A stretch of DNA of 62,943 nt, counting the filler, from Trichomonas gallinae (lineage: Eukaryota): assembly GCA_008369845.1 (NCBI GenBank). It is 11 parts of 11 records of this genome, joined end to end, with 100 filler letters (N's around TTAATTAATTAA, not from the genome) between each part and the next. Parts side by side here need not be neighbours in the genome. Positions count along the whole stretch, not along the records: positions 1 to 9,586 come from MRSU01000263.1; positions 9,687 to 16,074 come from MRSU01000264.1; 9 more parts are not named here. One strand, 5' to 3'. How positions within the stretch are numbered: position 1 is the first letter of the stretch; every line of letters starts with the position of its first letter. Shown in pieces: positions 1 to 11,123 of the stretch. The notes beneath the pieces are model-generated. The model saw only the letters and a list, made by a program, of their open reading frames with translations, had not been told where the DNA came from and did not search any database. Made by a program: the position numbers and the translations under genes.

Positions 1-69
1 GTCATAGTGTAATGGTTATCATGTAAGATTGTCGTTCTTTTGATCCGGGTTCGATTCCCGGTGACCGAG
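1..69 (+). tRNA. tRNA-Asp (GTC), first ~3 nt cut off by window start
   Basis: D arm TAGTGTAATGGTTATCA; anticodon arm AAGA-TTGTCGT-TCTT; T arm CCGGG-TTCGATT-CCCGG; 3' acceptor strand TGACCGA plus discriminator G pairs with the 5' GTCA. Confidence 0.93.
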
Positions 70-70
70 C

Positions 71-76
71 TTTTTT
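71..76 (+). terminator. Pol III terminator (T6) of tRNA-Asp
   Basis: T-run immediately after the tRNA 3' end. Confidence 0.7.
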
Positions 77-431
77 CCATATTAAAATTTGTTCATTATT
101 ATTCATTGATTTGTGTTCTTTTTACTATCATAATAAGATTGATGACCACATATTGATCTCCTAAACCATATAGAATGACATATCTAATTGAATATTGATT
201 TCGAGAAATATATCATGAACTAATCCCCTTTTTTTTTTATTGAATGGTAGATCTGCCACTCAATAAAATAATTAATATAATCCGTGATATGCATCCCAAT
301 CTGATTTTGACTATATTTGTAGTTGCAACATAACTTTGGGAATATTTTATAAATCTGACATGTAAATGTAAATTTGTCAATCGCATCCCTGTTTAAATAT
401 TTTAGACCCTTATTAAAGATTTTTGACAAAA

Positions 432-2768
432 ATGATGAATGTTCCTCAGCAAAATTTCGATTTTTCAGAAGTAGCTGAGTTTTCTTTAAGATTCAGCAAG
501 CTGAAAATCAGGTGCGGAAACATGTGGGCGACAACAGTTGACAAAAAACTCTTCTTTGCAAAAATTTATACTTATGATCGACCGAAAATAATGATTGTTA
601 AAGGAATAGAGAATGTCGAATCATTGTTTGTATCTCCTGATGGTGAATATTGTCTTTGCAAAGTAAATTCTATGGCTTATTACGTTAATTCGATTGATTT
701 AATTCCGTATAGCATTCATTTAACAGATTGCAACCGTATTAATGCTGTCTCATGGCTTAAAAAGCAAGGAACAACAACTGTATTCCTAATTACTAATGGA
801 GAAGCTCTTTACGTTATCAATGTTTCTCAAAGCAATGCTCAGACACAAATTATTCCTACGTCTGATGTTTTTAAAGGAATTCAGGGAAAACCTGTCGGTT
901 TACTTGTCTTAAATCTTCCGAAAACAGATAAAATTGGTTTAATTATCATTACAGAAGCTCAAGTTGTCCCATTCATTTTAGATCATAACTACATATTCGA
1001 GCGTACTAAGAATAAACGAAGTTTTAATATCCCAGGACTAAGAACAGATGTTATTAATCCATTAGTTACAGAAGGCAACATGATTGGTGTTTGGGTCACC
1101 AACAAACAGATTTTTGGCTTTGTTTTGAACGAAAACGCATCAAAACCAGGAGATATTATTTCAAATCAATTTTTCTTCAATATTCCTGCAAATACGATAT
1201 GGTTCACAATCAATGATGGCCTTGTATTTACAATGGACATGAATTTGCGCATTTATTATCATTACGATTCAAATCTTTATCAAATTTCAGATTTTCCTGT
1301 AGATATTCCTTCTATTATAGCAGACATTGATCCACTTACAAAGGATATTTATTTGCTGAGAAGTAATGGCGTAACTCGTTATTCTTTCCCTGGATCTAAT
1401 CATACTTCGGAATCTTTCTTCAATATGCTTTATTCCAAGTCATTCGATCTTCAAAACATTAAATTATCATTGCATTTATTTAAATATTCGCACAAATCCC
1501 TTCAAAGCCATTTATCTCATTATAATAATATTCAATCCATTGAAATTTTGCAATTACTTATTTCCGACTTAAAATCTAGTTACATCAGCATGCAAACTCA
1601 GCAGAAGTTGATTGTAAGCATAGCTTATCGCTGCTTAGAATTCGCAATTCGAGCATATGCACAAGAAAATTACAAAGAATCAGAGAAAATCATCAATTCT
1701 TTACTTAGTGAAGAATTTATTACAAGATCAGGCATCAAAGATCTTTGTATTCAATACGGCGTCATAGATTTTGCCTTTAATTTCATGACATTGAAAGAAA
1801 AACTCGATTTATGGTATTCAAGAGGCGAATATGATAAAGTCATTGAGCACCTCGATAAAATAACAGACATTGATGTTATCACTGACTACATTTTGTCTCT
1901 TTTGCAATACGATGAAGAAAAAATCAAAAAAGTCGTCGCAAATTTGAAATCATGGAATAACGAAAAATTATGTATAATTTTGTCGTCGCCTATATTTGAA
2001 GAAATCGTTGCCAACGCCCCAATAGAGAAGATCTGCACAGAATCTTTGAGATATCTTTATGCTGAATATAATGCGAAAAGAGGAAATCTTGAATTTTTGC
2101 AGAATCGTCAATTTTCAAAAGAATTGAAAAACACAATCATCAGATCTTTGTCTGCTCAAAAGCGCTACAAAGAGTTATCAGACGGTCTATTCCAAGCAAA
2201 CCAATACACAGAAAGCGTTTTGGCAGCGCACGAGTCAAGTATTGATGATTGTGTCAAAGCTATTATAAGGATTCCTGAACGTGGCAGAAAACGTCAGAAT
2301 GTTTTGAAAACGGTTTTAAGTACAATAAGAAAAGAAGATGCCAACGCAATATGCATGCAACTATTGAAGCAGAACTGTTTGGATCAAATGACAGCTTTAG
2401 AGTATTTGCCTGATAATTCGAAAGTCAGCGATTTATCTGCAGCGATGCAAAAGTATATTCGCGTGAACTGTCAAGATGCAGAGCACATAAACAAGGAAGT
2501 AAACATGGCAAAAAGATCAATGAGAAGGGCGAAAGTTATAAACAAGAAGCCTTCGAACAACTATGATGTCAGCAGATTCGATATATGCCCAATTTGCAAG
2601 AAGAATTTGATCCAACAGCCATTTTCCATTTTCCCTTGTGGCCACAAATTCCATACAAGCTGCCTCAAATCCAAAGAGTGCCATGAATGCGGCCAGATAG
2701 CAATCAATAACATAGACAAAGAATTCGATGGAAACTTGACAGGTTGGTCTATGATATTAGATGAATAA
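432..2768 (+). CDS. VPS18: Vps18/Pep3-like HOPS/CORVET subunit
   Basis: N-terminal beta-rich region, helical middle, coiled coil, and C-terminal RING CPICKKNLIQQPFSIFPCGHKFHTSCL..CHECG typical of Vps18. First ATG is at 432 (ORF track starts at TTG 423). Confidence 0.7.
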   Translation: MMNVPQQNFDFSEVAEFSLRFSKLKIRCGNMWATTVDKKLFFAKIYTYDRPKIMIVKGIENVESLFVSPDGEYCLCKVNSMAYYVNSIDLIPYSIHLTDCNRINAVSWLKKQGTTTVFLITNGEALYVINVSQSNAQTQIIPTSDVFKGIQGKPVGLLVLNLPKTDKIGLIIITEAQVVPFILDHNYIFERTKNKRSFNIPGLRTDVINPLVTEGNMIGVWVTNKQIFGFVLNENASKPGDIISNQFFFNIPANTIWFTINDGLVFTMDMNLRIYYHYDSNLYQISDFPVDIPSIIADIDPLTKDIYLLRSNGVTRYSFPGSNHTSESFFNMLYSKSFDLQNIKLSLHLFKYSHKSLQSHLSHYNNIQSIEILQLLISDLKSSYISMQTQQKLIVSIAYRCLEFAIRAYAQENYKESEKIINSLLSEEFITRSGIKDLCIQYGVIDFAFNFMTLKEKLDLWYSRGEYDKVIEHLDKITDIDVITDYILSLLQYDEEKIKKVVANLKSWNNEKLCIILSSPIFEEIVANAPIEKICTESLRYLYAEYNAKRGNLEFLQNRQFSKELKNTIIRSLSAQKRYKELSDGLFQANQYTESVLAAHESSIDDCVKAIIRIPERGRKRQNVLKTVLSTIRKEDANAICMQLLKQNCLDQMTALEYLPDNSKVSDLSAAMQKYIRVNCQDAEHINKEVNMAKRSMRRAKVINKKPSNNYDVSRFDICPICKKNLIQQPFSIFPCGHKFHTSCLKSKECHECGQIAINNIDKEFDGNLTGWSMILDE

Positions 2769-3137
2769 TTCTATTTATTATTATTTTTCTGTTTAAAATA
2801 TATTTAGTATTTTATAACTAGATTATTTTCCAAATAAAGCTATTTGACAGATCATTTGCGAATGTACATTGCGTTTTTAATGACACATACGTGTTGTATT
2901 TATACATAAATGTTTGGCAACTCAATTTCTAACAAATATCAAAAACTTACTAAGATATATATGTCACATGTTTAGCCTAAGTCAGCTAACATAATCTATA
3001 GTGGGATTCTGCAATGAATTATCATACATCATCACTTTTGAATTTCACATGTACTTTTTCTCTTATGGCATGTTTGCATTGGTGGATATATAATTATGCA
3101 GAGACATCTTATTGTTCCTGAAATTTTTTGCAATATG

Positions 3138-3379
3138 TTTACGTGACAAATAACAATTGTTTACATGGCAGAAAAGTTACAATGGATTTACATGGCAAAA
3201 ATCAGAGCGGTTATAATTATAACATGAATCAAAGATGCTTAAAATGATTCAAAATTGGAGGCGCAAGAATAAAAATTTACAGCCACATTTTGAGCGAAGC
3301 TAAAATAGTGTCTGTATATTTTTTATTTATAACATTTACATTTACAAAAATCATAACGAAAAAAATTTTTTACGTGACA
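3138..3379 (+). promoter_or_regulatory. Cluster of TTTACRTGRCA motifs upstream of FKBP gene
   Basis: TTTACGTGACA at 3138 and 3369; TTTACATGGCA at 3160 and 3187. Confidence 0.4.
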
Positions 3380-3553
3380 AAAATATATCGGAATTGCTGA
3401 AATCGAAATTTGAGGAGATTTCGTTGGAATTGAAGCGATCGGAAATGATAGATGTTGTAAAAATGACTAGATAAGTAAGCAAAAAGAATAAAAAGTGAGC
3501 ATAAGGAAAAATGGCCGGACACCTTAGTTTTTACAAAAACCGTCAATAAATAG

Positions 3554-3563
3554 TCACTTCATT
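3554..3563 (+). promoter_or_regulatory. Tandem initiator (Inr) elements TCACT/TCATT
   Basis: Trichomonad Inr consensus TCAY(T/A), 5-14 nt upstream of the ATG. The same AGTCACTTCATT 12-mer precedes the aldolase gene. Confidence 0.7.
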
Positions 3564-3567
3564 CGTT

Positions 3568-4383
3568 ATGACCGATCCAATCGATGTCACAGGAAATGGC
3601 GACTTGATGAAGTACATCATCAGGGAAGGCACAGGCAAGCAGGCAAAGAAGGGTGATAAGTGCTCAGTCCACTACGTTGGTACATTGGAATCCGATGGCT
3701 CCAAGTTCGATAGCTCAAGAGACCGTGACGAGCCATTCGAATTCACAATCGGACAGGGCGTCATCGAAGGCTGGTCCCTCGGTGTTGCAACAATGAAGGA
3801 AGGCGAACTTGCTAAGTTTGTTATCAAGTCTAACCTTGCTTACGGCGCTGCTGGCTCCCCACCAAAGATCCCAGGAGGTGCTACACTCGTCTTCGAGATC
3901 GAACTCCTCGAAGTTGTCGTTGAAAAGACAAAGGAGGAAGTTATGGCTGAAGCTAACGCTCTCTGCGAGGAAGCTAACACAAAGTTCCGTGCTGGTGACT
4001 TCAAGGCTGCTGGTGCTGCTTACCATAGCGCTCTCCACAAAGTTATGAGACAATATGGTTCCGATATCGATCAGCTTAAGGTTAAGTTCAACTGCAACCT
4101 TTCCCTCGTTCACGCTAAGCTTAACGAGTGGGGTGAGTGCCTTCACCACGCTGAGAGTGCTCTCCAGACAGATGAGAACAACCTTAAGGCTCTTCTTCGT
4201 AAGTTAGAGGCTGAAATCAAGCTTGACCGCCTCAAAGATGCTAAAGAGACACTCAAGAAGGGCTTAGCAGCTTCCAAGAATGACAAAGTTTTCGTTGCTA
4301 TGGGCGAAAAGATCAAAGAAGCTGAGAAGGCCGCTTCCCAGGTCCAGGATAACCTCTTCGCTAAGATGATGGGCAAGAAGTAA
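3568..4383 (+). CDS. FKBP-type peptidyl-prolyl isomerase with C-terminal TPR domain
   Basis: VHYVGTL..FDSS..GVIEGW..AYGAAGSPPKIPGGATLVFEIEL followed by three TPR-like helical repeats; strong codon bias. Confidence 0.93.
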   Translation: MTDPIDVTGNGDLMKYIIREGTGKQAKKGDKCSVHYVGTLESDGSKFDSSRDRDEPFEFTIGQGVIEGWSLGVATMKEGELAKFVIKSNLAYGAAGSPPKIPGGATLVFEIELLEVVVEKTKEEVMAEANALCEEANTKFRAGDFKAAGAAYHSALHKVMRQYGSDIDQLKVKFNCNLSLVHAKLNEWGECLHHAESALQTDENNLKALLRKLEAEIKLDRLKDAKETLKKGLAASKNDKVFVAMGEKIKEAEKAASQVQDNLFAKMMGKK

Positions 4384-5401
4384 GACAAATGTATATAAAA
4401 ATAAATATTAATCTATGAAACACAAATTCAGCATCATTTTTATCAACTATTAGACAGCCAAAAGATAACGTATAAGTATTTGTCACATAAATCGAAGAAA
4501 TAAATTTTGAACAAATAAAATATTTGTCATTCGCTCAAAATTCGCAAATAATTCATCTATACTTTAGTATATAATTTGAATTTTCATTATGTTTGTTTGC
4601 AAATATTTGAATTCAAAATAAACTAATTTCAAATTTGTAATTTGAACAATATAAAATATCTTATCTTTTTATTTTAATGGTAATTTCGAGTTTGTAGATT
4701 TCAAAATTTAATTCATTAAACAACAATCGTTAAAATCTATTTTCTATGATTTGAACCGCTCTTTTATTTGGTAGAGTAGTTTAATTCATCAATAATGATC
4801 AGTCAAATTTAAAGAAACGGGATATCAAATTTTGAATTTTTGTTTTTGGGTAAGCTAACCATAACGCTGATAGAACTCATATATTTGGCTATTCATAATA
4901 GCTGGCCAAAGCCCGGGTTCATCATTAAGTTGAATTGTTTATTCAGCAGATTAAAAATAATGAAGTTATTTTATTTTTCTTAGCATTAATTTGCATGCAA
5001 ACAGATGATTCTTATCCTCCTTAGAATCGATTCCAAAAAAAAGACGATAAATTGAAAAATTGATGTAAAATATTTTATATCATGAAATTCACTTTACAAA
5101 CATATTTCAAGCATTATTTCATTCAGTTCACAAAAGTATTATCGGTTTATTTCTCAAAAAGAAAATCAACAAAAATCAGATAATTTAGATTGTTAATTAA
5201 TGTAGATTACATCATATTTAAATTGTTCAATTTTTGATTATTTTTTATAACTCTAAATGAAAATCACTGATATATAAATAAATAATAATCACCATAAAAT
5301 AATCGTTAAGTTATTAAAAACTGAAAAAGAATTAATTAATTACTGTTTATTAGATATCTACATAGATGAGAAGATTTTAACACGATTTTATGCTGGAATA
5401 A

Positions 5402-5411
5402 TCACTTCACT
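5402..5411 (+). promoter_or_regulatory. Tandem Inr elements TCACT TCACT
   Basis: Directly upstream of ATG 5416. Confidence 0.65.
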
Positions 5412-5415
5412 TCGG

Positions 5416-6285
5416 ATGTTCCATTTCCGCATTATCAGTTGCCAAGATCTCCCAGTCAAGGATGCAAACGGCTCAATCGATTCCTATGTCGTCATCGAGA
5501 CAAAGGGCAAGGATAACAAGCCAAGGCCAGGAGGCAAGACAAAAGTCGTCCAAAATAACTTAAACCCAGTTTACCCAGATAAGATCTTCGATATCTCATC
5601 TGAAGACTGCTACACAGTCAAGTTCACAGTTATGGATGAGGATCCATTCAAGGATGACATGGCTTGCTGGATCAAGATCAAAGTTCCTTCACTCATGACA
5701 AAGCTTGGTGATAAAATCACAAAGGAAATGCTCATCAAGAACCCAGAGAAGCATCCAAACTGCCACCCAACAATCACATTCATGGTTACACTCGATGGTG
5801 AACTCGCTCACGATCACCCAGCCAAGAAGATTGCTCCACCACCAGCCCCACCTGCTCCAAAGGCCGAGAAGATCACAGTCGAGCCAATCCCAGATCACAA
5901 CAAGTATGTCTTCAACATTCTTGTTATTTCCCCAGAACACGGAAAGTACTACTTCTCCGAGGATGCAAACATCCCATCATTCATTACAAAGGATGGAGAC
6001 AGATACACAATCGATCCAGAAGGCCAGGGCAACCTCATCATGGTCCCAATTTACCGCACAACAAGATCTTTCAAGAAGACAACACTTCAAGTTAAGTGCA
6101 ATGATCTCGTCCTTAAAGAGGATCTTAAGTACCGTGGTGAATGGCTCCTCCACCAGGCTCTCAACTGCCAGACAAAGGAAGTTAGACAGTTCAAGCCACT
6201 CCACCGTAACAACCACTCCACACAGAGATGGATCGAACTCCTCCCAGCTGAGCTCGTTCCAAAGGTCGAATACACAAGGTACTAA
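5416..6285 (+). CDS. C2 domain-containing protein
   Basis: N-terminal C2 fold with Ca-binding Asp residues (DLPVKDANGSIDSYV..KTKVVQNNLNPVY..VMDEDPFKDD), Pro-rich linker, unrecognised C-terminal domain. Confidence 0.85.
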   Translation: MFHFRIISCQDLPVKDANGSIDSYVVIETKGKDNKPRPGGKTKVVQNNLNPVYPDKIFDISSEDCYTVKFTVMDEDPFKDDMACWIKIKVPSLMTKLGDKITKEMLIKNPEKHPNCHPTITFMVTLDGELAHDHPAKKIAPPPAPPAPKAEKITVEPIPDHNKYVFNILVISPEHGKYYFSEDANIPSFITKDGDRYTIDPEGQGNLIMVPIYRTTRSFKKTTLQVKCNDLVLKEDLKYRGEWLLHQALNCQTKEVRQFKPLHRNNHSTQRWIELLPAELVPKVEYTRY

Positions 6286-7372
6286 ATTATTTTTCGATTC
6301 TTCTTTTTTTAGAATTTTCTATCTATTGTTTTTATCGTCATGTCACGTTTATTATTAATGAAAGTTGATAACTTCACTTCCTTATTTTTTTTTTTTTTTT
6401 TTTTTTTCACATTGATTTTCTTGGTGAAGATCTATATATATTCAATTTTTTCTTGATTTAAATATCATAAAAAAAATCTAGTTTTATTATGATGATAAAC
6501 ATTATGTACTGTATGTAATGATTGAATTTTATTTACATTTTTCAACGAATATTTTTTTGTCCCAAACAGAATTTTTAGAAAAGAGAAAATTAGCATTTTC
6601 TTCTATTATATAAATGGAAACTGAAGAAAAATTAATTCTTGCCGATTGTTTAAGGACATAAAATGAATATTATGCAATTATTTTTGCATTTTTAGACTTC
6701 AGACATATAGATCTGCTATTTAATAACATGAACTTTAATTTTTTAAATTCTATTGTATTCATTGCAACATTAAAATAGTGCAATTTTTAATGCATTTTTA
6801 ATATATTTCAATAATTAAACATGCAAATGACAAAAATAAATAATAGAATATGATTCCAAATAGATAATGATTCTAAATCTCCAAAATTTTTGAAAAAATT
6901 GAAATTTTTGAATGAAAAATAAAATGAAATCTTTAGATGCATATTATTTCATTGAATCTTTCCATTTTTACAAAATTTTAACCAATTTGCACTCAATTTG
7001 TAATCCTTTGATCTCTAATATATCGAATATATGCTCACTTCAATATTCATTCTAGTTTTTTTCAAGTTTTTTCAATTGATCACTCACTAATTTTTAACTT
7101 TAGCGCTTATATAATTATATATAAGATACTCGTCATCATAAATTTATGACATTTGACTTCTTATTTTGGAAAATTTGTATTTTAGGAGCCCTGATTAAAC
7201 CAATATGGAGTATATGCATTTGACAATCATAATGACGTAGAAATTTTAGTAAACTCAAGTGAAGTGGTGAAAATTTTACCGGTAGCGAATAAAAATTGAG
7301 ATTATCCAAAATCTCCAACGCAAAATGACTAACAAGTAGATAAAAACGAATTTTAAATAATTTCTGTACAAC

Positions 7373-8500
7373 TTATTCGACCTTGTTGGCAATAGCATGT
7401 GCCATGTAGTCTGTGCCAAGAATATTGAAGTTGAGGATGGACTTCTGTGAGTAAACACGGACACCCTTCATCCAGTCTGGGCGGATGAACTCGTAAAACT
7501 CCTCTTCGAGGTCCTTAGCGATTGACATGACGAACTGGTGGTTCTTGACTTGGTTATCGAGAGAAAGAACGCACGATTCGCATGAGAGTGATGTAGCGAT
7601 GGCCTTAGCAGCACGGAGGTAGAAGATGTAGTGTGCGCGGAGAGCGTTGTAGCAGTCCTTTTCGCCAGCAGCAGCGCGCTTAGCAACATCACCAGCATCG
7701 ATGTCATCGAGAGAAAGGAGCTCTCCTGTCTCCTTCTTGTGGTAGAACTGGTAAGCAAGCTTTAGGCCACGGCCAGAGCAGATATCTTCGTACTCTGGGT
7801 CGAGCTTGCCGCCGTAGTAGTGATTTGAGATGTGCTGGATTAACTCCTGCTCGCCTTCGAAGTATTTGTGCTTCTCCATGTTTGGAGCGATTTGAACGTG
7901 ACCAAGTTCTGTTGGGAGAACGAGTGGGACATTGAGAAGTGGTGTGCGTGTGACTAAAGCAGCGCCGAGGCCAGAGCCCATAGCTAAGACCGCTGTACGA
8001 CCCTTAGCGAGAATTGGGCCTGTTGGAGCCTTGTCAGTGAACAATTGGACGAAGTTCTCCTCGAGGACATGATTCTCGTGTGCCGCGATGACACCGTAAG
8101 CACCAGCTTCAAGATCGTTGAGGAAATATGAGCGGTCCTTTGGGAAAAGGTTCTTTGGAAGTTGGCTGATGGAGAGTGTTCTCTCTTCGACAGTTCCAAC
8201 CCAGTTTGTAAGGATAACAGTGTTGTTCTTGATTGGGCCAGCAACGGCGATGGCCGCACCAAGGCAAACTGTTGTTGGTTCTACTTTCTGGATCTTTACC
8301 TGAAGATCGTTGAGGACGGCGAGTAGATCCTTTGTTGTCTGAGCCTTTGCGTGGCCGAGATCAACGTAGCGAGAAGGATCCTTGAAATCGGAAAGTCTAA
8401 CGCGAAGGCCAGAGCCACCGACATCGCAGCCAAGGCAAATCGGTACTGTTGGGCCTTGCTTCCATTCGTGGATTGGTTGAATTGCTTCAATAGAAAACAT
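7373..8500 (-). CDS. GLK: Glucokinase (bacterial Glk-type)
   Basis: Motifs GCDVGGS, AVAGP, LNDLEA, GSGLG, ELGH, EDICSGRGL. Confidence 0.9.
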   Translation of the reverse strand: MFSIEAIQPIHEWKQGPTVPICLGCDVGGSGLRVRLSDFKDPSRYVDLGHAKAQTTKDLLAVLNDLQVKIQKVEPTTVCLGAAIAVAGPIKNNTVILTNWVGTVEERTLSISQLPKNLFPKDRSYFLNDLEAGAYGVIAAHENHVLEENFVQLFTDKAPTGPILAKGRTAVLAMGSGLGAALVTRTPLLNVPLVLPTELGHVQIAPNMEKHKYFEGEQELIQHISNHYYGGKLDPEYEDICSGRGLKLAYQFYHKKETGELLSLDDIDAGDVAKRAAAGEKDCYNALRAHYIFYLRAAKAIATSLSCESCVLSLDNQVKNHQFVMSIAKDLEEEFYEFIRPDWMKGVRVYSQKSILNFNILGTDYMAHAIANKVE

Positions 8501-9520
8501 TCCTGAAAAATGAACTCAAACCTGTCAGTTTCTTTATTTGTGTGTTTCATCAAAATTAATATTTGTTTAAAAACACTCTATTTACATTATATATTTAATA
8601 TAACACTAAAATCTTTGTGCTTTAAAAAATTGAGAATTGTTAACAAAAAATTTTGTTTTCAATATTTGTGTTAGGTTATGGTTTATGATAACATATACAC
8701 ACTAAATATAGTAGAATTATAGTATTTCTTAAAAATGACTGCTCAAAATTGAGAGAAGAAAGAAACATTTTTGAGAAACAAATGACCACTGATAAAAAAG
8801 TGACTATGAAAATCCAAAACTTTACAACTGGGAAATATAACACATAGCTTCGTTATGCTTACAACCAATGGAAAATAATTTATGAAGGAGCAGCCAGTTA
8901 AAAGTAATTTTTTTTGAGTAATTATTGCAAAACATGTAAAGGATGAAGAGAGATCATTTTTGGTTCAGACTATATGAGCATAGACATTATACGCTTCTAT
9001 ATTCTCAAATATCCAAACAATCCCTCCACTTTTTAATTTGAAGATGATTTTGGTTTTTATTACATTGTCATTTACAACTAAGAATGACAACTAATTGATA
9101 TACATAATGAAGATGTATTTGAACACAAACTGTATAATCGATTTATTATTTTAACTCCAATACACTAGAAAGGAGAGTAACTTTATTATATATGCTATAC
9201 ATCTACTTTCCGATGTGATTTAGAAGCACCGCTCAATGAAAACACTAATCGAAATGCTGGATATATATCTTTATTCAAATTTTCATAATCTGAAGATTAG
9301 AGGTTAGATTAGATACTATATGAGAAGTAGTTTGACAAACAGAAAAAGGCTACTACTTGTGATAATACTCGTAATTTATAGTATAAAATTTTGATATTAT
9401 TAAAATAATATTGCTTATTATCAATTGATATCAAATATAACAAGCAAATGTCAAATTAATTTGAAATAAAAAAGTTGATTATTATAATCAAAGTGACCAT
9501 ACACACAAAATTAATGTGAA

Positions 9521-9586
9521 GCTTTCCTAGCTCAACAGGATAGAGCTTTGGACTTTTAATCCAAGGGTTTGGGGTTCGAGTCCCCA
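9521..9586 (+). tRNA. tRNA-Lys (TTT), 3' end truncated by gap
   Basis: GCTTTCC-TAGCTCAACAGGATAGAGC; anticodon arm TTGGA-CTTTTAA-TCCAA; T arm TGGGG-TTCGAGT-CCCCA. Confidence 0.92.
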
Positions 9587-9686
9587 NNNNNNNNNNNNNN
9601 NNNNNNNNNNNNNNNNNNNNNNNNNNNNNNTTAATTAATTAANNNNNNNNNNNNNNNNNNNNNNNNNNNNNNNNNNNNNNNNNNNN
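9587..9686. other. Artificial contig linker (N-TTAATTAATTAA-N, 100 bp)
   Basis: Identical 100-bp spacer with stops in all six frames, repeated ten times in the window. Confidence 0.97.
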
Positions 9687-10066
9687 AAATACAACTAAAA
9701 ATTCTGTAAATTAATAATATAGAATGAGCACATAGTGACCATTAAAATGCTAGATTCCCATCAAAATAATCCCGGTGGAGTTTTCTTGGGCTCTACTGTA
9801 GCGTCGAACCTGACGCATTTTATAAAGAGGGGCCATTTTTGACGATTTTAAAAAATCTGCCGGACTACCTTTATATTTACATAACAATTTTAGCCGTGTA
9901 AATTTACAAACGGTTTTTTTGAAAAATTTTCAAAATTTTTCTTCGAAATGATCCAAAAAAGTGGGATTGAGTCCTGTAGACACTTATCCAGGTATTTCGA
10001 AATTTTTTTATGATTTTTCAGGAAAATTTTTTTTTGAAAAAGTGCCAAAAACCAATTTTTGTTGCC

Positions 10067-10759
10067 ATGGATTCCAAGACGCAAAAGTTGGCGATTCAGA
10101 TAATTGATAATTTGTTGAAGCACCCAATTAGTGATTATTTCAAATACGAAGTCATTCCTGGTGTTGATGCAGACGTCGATTATACTGAAATTGTTAAAAA
10201 TCCTCAAGATCTTGAAACAATTAAACGAAAACTCAATGAAAATATATATAAAGATATACACCAATGGATGCAAGATGTGGAAACAGTTTGGGCAAATGCC
10301 GAGAAATATAATGGAACGGGATCTTCTATGGGAATTGCTGCAAGGGAAATGAGAAAACAGTTCGAACGCGAGCGAAGAGTATTTTGTTCGTATAACAGAA
10401 GTTCTTGGATCAGTGAAGTATATCGATTACGTGTGAAAATGGAAAAACTTGTTCAACTATCGCCATCCAAGATACACAAGAACATACATGAAGCTTACCT
10501 TATGACATTACCGAAATACGAAGTTTTAGATATTTCAGAGCACGATTTGCAATGTCTTAAAATCGCGTTAGAGATGTTAAACAGTGATGAGTCATCGAGA
10601 GAAATTATGCGAATCATATACGAAAAGCAGCCAGAACTCAAAAATATTTATTCAAATCTTTCACTCGATACCGGTTTTCTTAAACTTCCTACACTACAAG
10701 CTATCCAGAAATACGCGAAACACTCTTTGGAAAATCAAGGAAAGAAATATCCCGAATGA
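10067..10759 (+). CDS. Single-bromodomain protein with ET-like C-terminal domain (minimal BET-like)
   Basis: HPISDYF..DYTEIVKNPQDLETIKRKL..WANAEKYN with the conserved Asn. The C-terminus resembles an ET domain. The ATG at 10067 is preferred over 10010. Confidence 0.85.
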   Translation: MDSKTQKLAIQIIDNLLKHPISDYFKYEVIPGVDADVDYTEIVKNPQDLETIKRKLNENIYKDIHQWMQDVETVWANAEKYNGTGSSMGIAAREMRKQFERERRVFCSYNRSSWISEVYRLRVKMEKLVQLSPSKIHKNIHEAYLMTLPKYEVLDISEHDLQCLKIALEMLNSDESSREIMRIIYEKQPELKNIYSNLSLDTGFLKLPTLQAIQKYAKHSLENQGKKYPE

Positions 10760-10987
10760 TTTTTTTTTTTCCTCTCGTTATTATATACTATGGCTTACAA
10801 ATCAAACAGTTATTATCTCATCCCTTGCATTAGAAGCCACCGATGATAGAATATTTTATTGTATGTTTTTATATTTTATTAGAAGATATATGGAATACCA
10901 AAATTTGCTACTGATCATTTGTTAGTGTAGCATGTTTTAATAGTATATCTCTAATATCATTTGTTTTGAATTTTATAAATGTATTTT

Positions 10988-11072
10988 TTTACATGTCAAA
11001 GTTCTTATTTTACGTGATTTGCATTTTACACGTCAAAATAATATTTACATGACAAAATAACTTTACATGACA
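10988..11072 (+). promoter_or_regulatory. Cluster of TTTACAYGWCA motifs upstream of AP sigma gene
   Basis: TTTACATGTCA 10988, TTTACACGTCA 11025, TTTACATGACA 11044 and 11062. Confidence 0.45.
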
Positions 11073-11123
11073 CTTTTTAGTTTTACAATGACACATATTG
11101 ATAAAAAAAGTGATTAATTTCAA

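Noticed and set aside
4795..4870. Possible box C/D snoRNA (ATGATCA...CTGA)
   Set aside because: Box C is imperfect, there is no terminal stem, and no recognisable rRNA guide.
5705..6358. 217-aa overlapping + strand ORF in the C2 gene
   Set aside because: Alternative-frame artefact of codon bias; Ser/Thr/Arg-rich with no motif.
8720..9400. Sequence with a coding-like look (also 16400-16660 and 35900-36300)
   Set aside because: Multiple stops and no recognisable protein family; cannot support a pseudogene call without a TBLASTN search.
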